From Malacoraja senta (Eukaryota): a stretch of DNA of 64,000 bases. The stretch covers positions 187,302,001 to 187,366,000 of the forward strand of contig CM075978.1 in NCBI GenBank assembly GCA_038087875.1, written 5' to 3'. The notes beneath the pieces are model-generated. The model searched no databases. It worked only from the letters and a program-made list of their open reading frames with translations, and had not been told where the DNA came from. Below are positions 63,052 through 64,000 of the stretch, piece after piece; positions within the stretch are counted from its first letter, which is position 1, and every line of letters begins with the position of its first letter. Both the position numbers and the translations under genes were made by a program.

Positions 63052-63357
63052 GGCGGCATGATGGCGCAGTGTGTAGAGCTGCTGCCTCACGGCTCCAGCA
63101 CCTCATTCCACTCCTGACCTCTGTTGCTGTCCACATGGAGTTGGCGCACTCTTCCTGTGACTCCGTGGGTTTCCGATGGATGCTCCAGTTTTCTGCCAAT
63201 GCCAAAGTTGAGTGGATTCGTAGGTGATTTGACCACTACTTCATAAGTAAAAGGAGCAGAAATAGGCCATTCGGCCCATCAAGTCTACTCCGCCATTCAA
63301 TCCTGGCTGACCTATCATTCCCTCTCAACCCCATTCCCCTCCCTTCTCCCCATAACC
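63052..63357. mobile_element. Degenerate V-SINE (+) followed by a CR1 3' tail (-)
   Basis: TGGCGCAGTG head and V-domain; CATAAG..GGAGCAGAAATAGGCCATTCGGCCC tail. Confidence 0.7.
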
Positions 63358-64000
63358 CAAGTGTTGGTGGAGTGGGAATGTGGGATGAATAGGTTGCATG
63401 GAAAATTAATGGAGGAATGTGTTTCCTCTGAGTATACTTGATGGGCCGAGTGGCCTCCTATGTCATAAGGAAATCTAAAATATTTATTGGGCCTCACCAA
63501 GAACAGCAGAAAGTGCTGGTAATTTCTTCTGCCAAGGAGTTGATCGTATTAAATCTTGAAATCTGTTCAAAATCATTTGGGCTGATTGTTGTGTTCCCAA
63601 ATGGAGGGTTCCACACCAGCAGTCCTGGACTAATTGAACGCTTTTGCTAGCTGCATTGTAAGCATAGCTGAAGGCCAGTAGCTGAAGAATCTCTTTCATT
63701 TGGCAGCATTCATTTGCTTTCCATGCTTTGAATTGCACTCTGGGGGCCAGGTGAAAATTCTACATTTGCTTTTTTGTTAATAGCGTTGCTACTGTTTCTG
63801 TAATGCAGGAAATAGTTGCAAGTCTCCAGAAGAAGTGGGGAAGCACTTTGTAAATCTGACATATCAGCAACTAAAAGAGAGCTCAAGGGAGGTTGAAGTG
63901 GACTCTGCCAGGAGATTTTGAACTCCTTCCACCTAGATTCAGAGACCAGACTGAGTAGCAATGGAATGATTTTCAACGTATGTAAAAGATCCCATTTTGA

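Overview
This is eukaryotic, repeat-dense, AT-rich DNA, almost certainly from a cartilaginous fish (skate/ray/shark). That call rests on the repeat mix: tRNA-derived V-SINE/HE1-like SINEs, many CR1 LINEs, Rex1/Babar and fish-type L1 fragments, Tc1/mariner elements and Penelope-like (PLE) 3' fragments. No complete host gene is visible. The window looks like the intron(s) of a large + strand gene, with 2-3 weak exon candidates (21824-21952, 39313-39332, 63809-). Well-supported elements: an internally deleted Gypsy LTR element with a perfect tRNA-Trp PBS (2100-3564); a near-full CR1 ORF2 (4209-7345); four copies of one Tc1 family; a young Passport-like Tc1 broken by a single stop codon (42622-44238); a 5'-truncated L1 with a 16-bp TSD; PIF/Harbinger-like and 8-bp-TSD MITEs; and a non-autonomous Helitron carrying nested insertions (52420-54308). 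The most notable signal is the most common short repeat (about 19 copies). It is the 3' end of a Penelope-like element (GIY-YIG C-terminus visible) and carries a minimal type I hammerhead ribozyme core, CUGAAGA-A-GGGUC/UC/GACCC-GAAACGUC. Several insertions are fold-backs, two with 14-bp TSDs, and three of the four inversion points lie at the ribozyme core. All coordinates were read by eye and family names come from motif recognition, not database searches.
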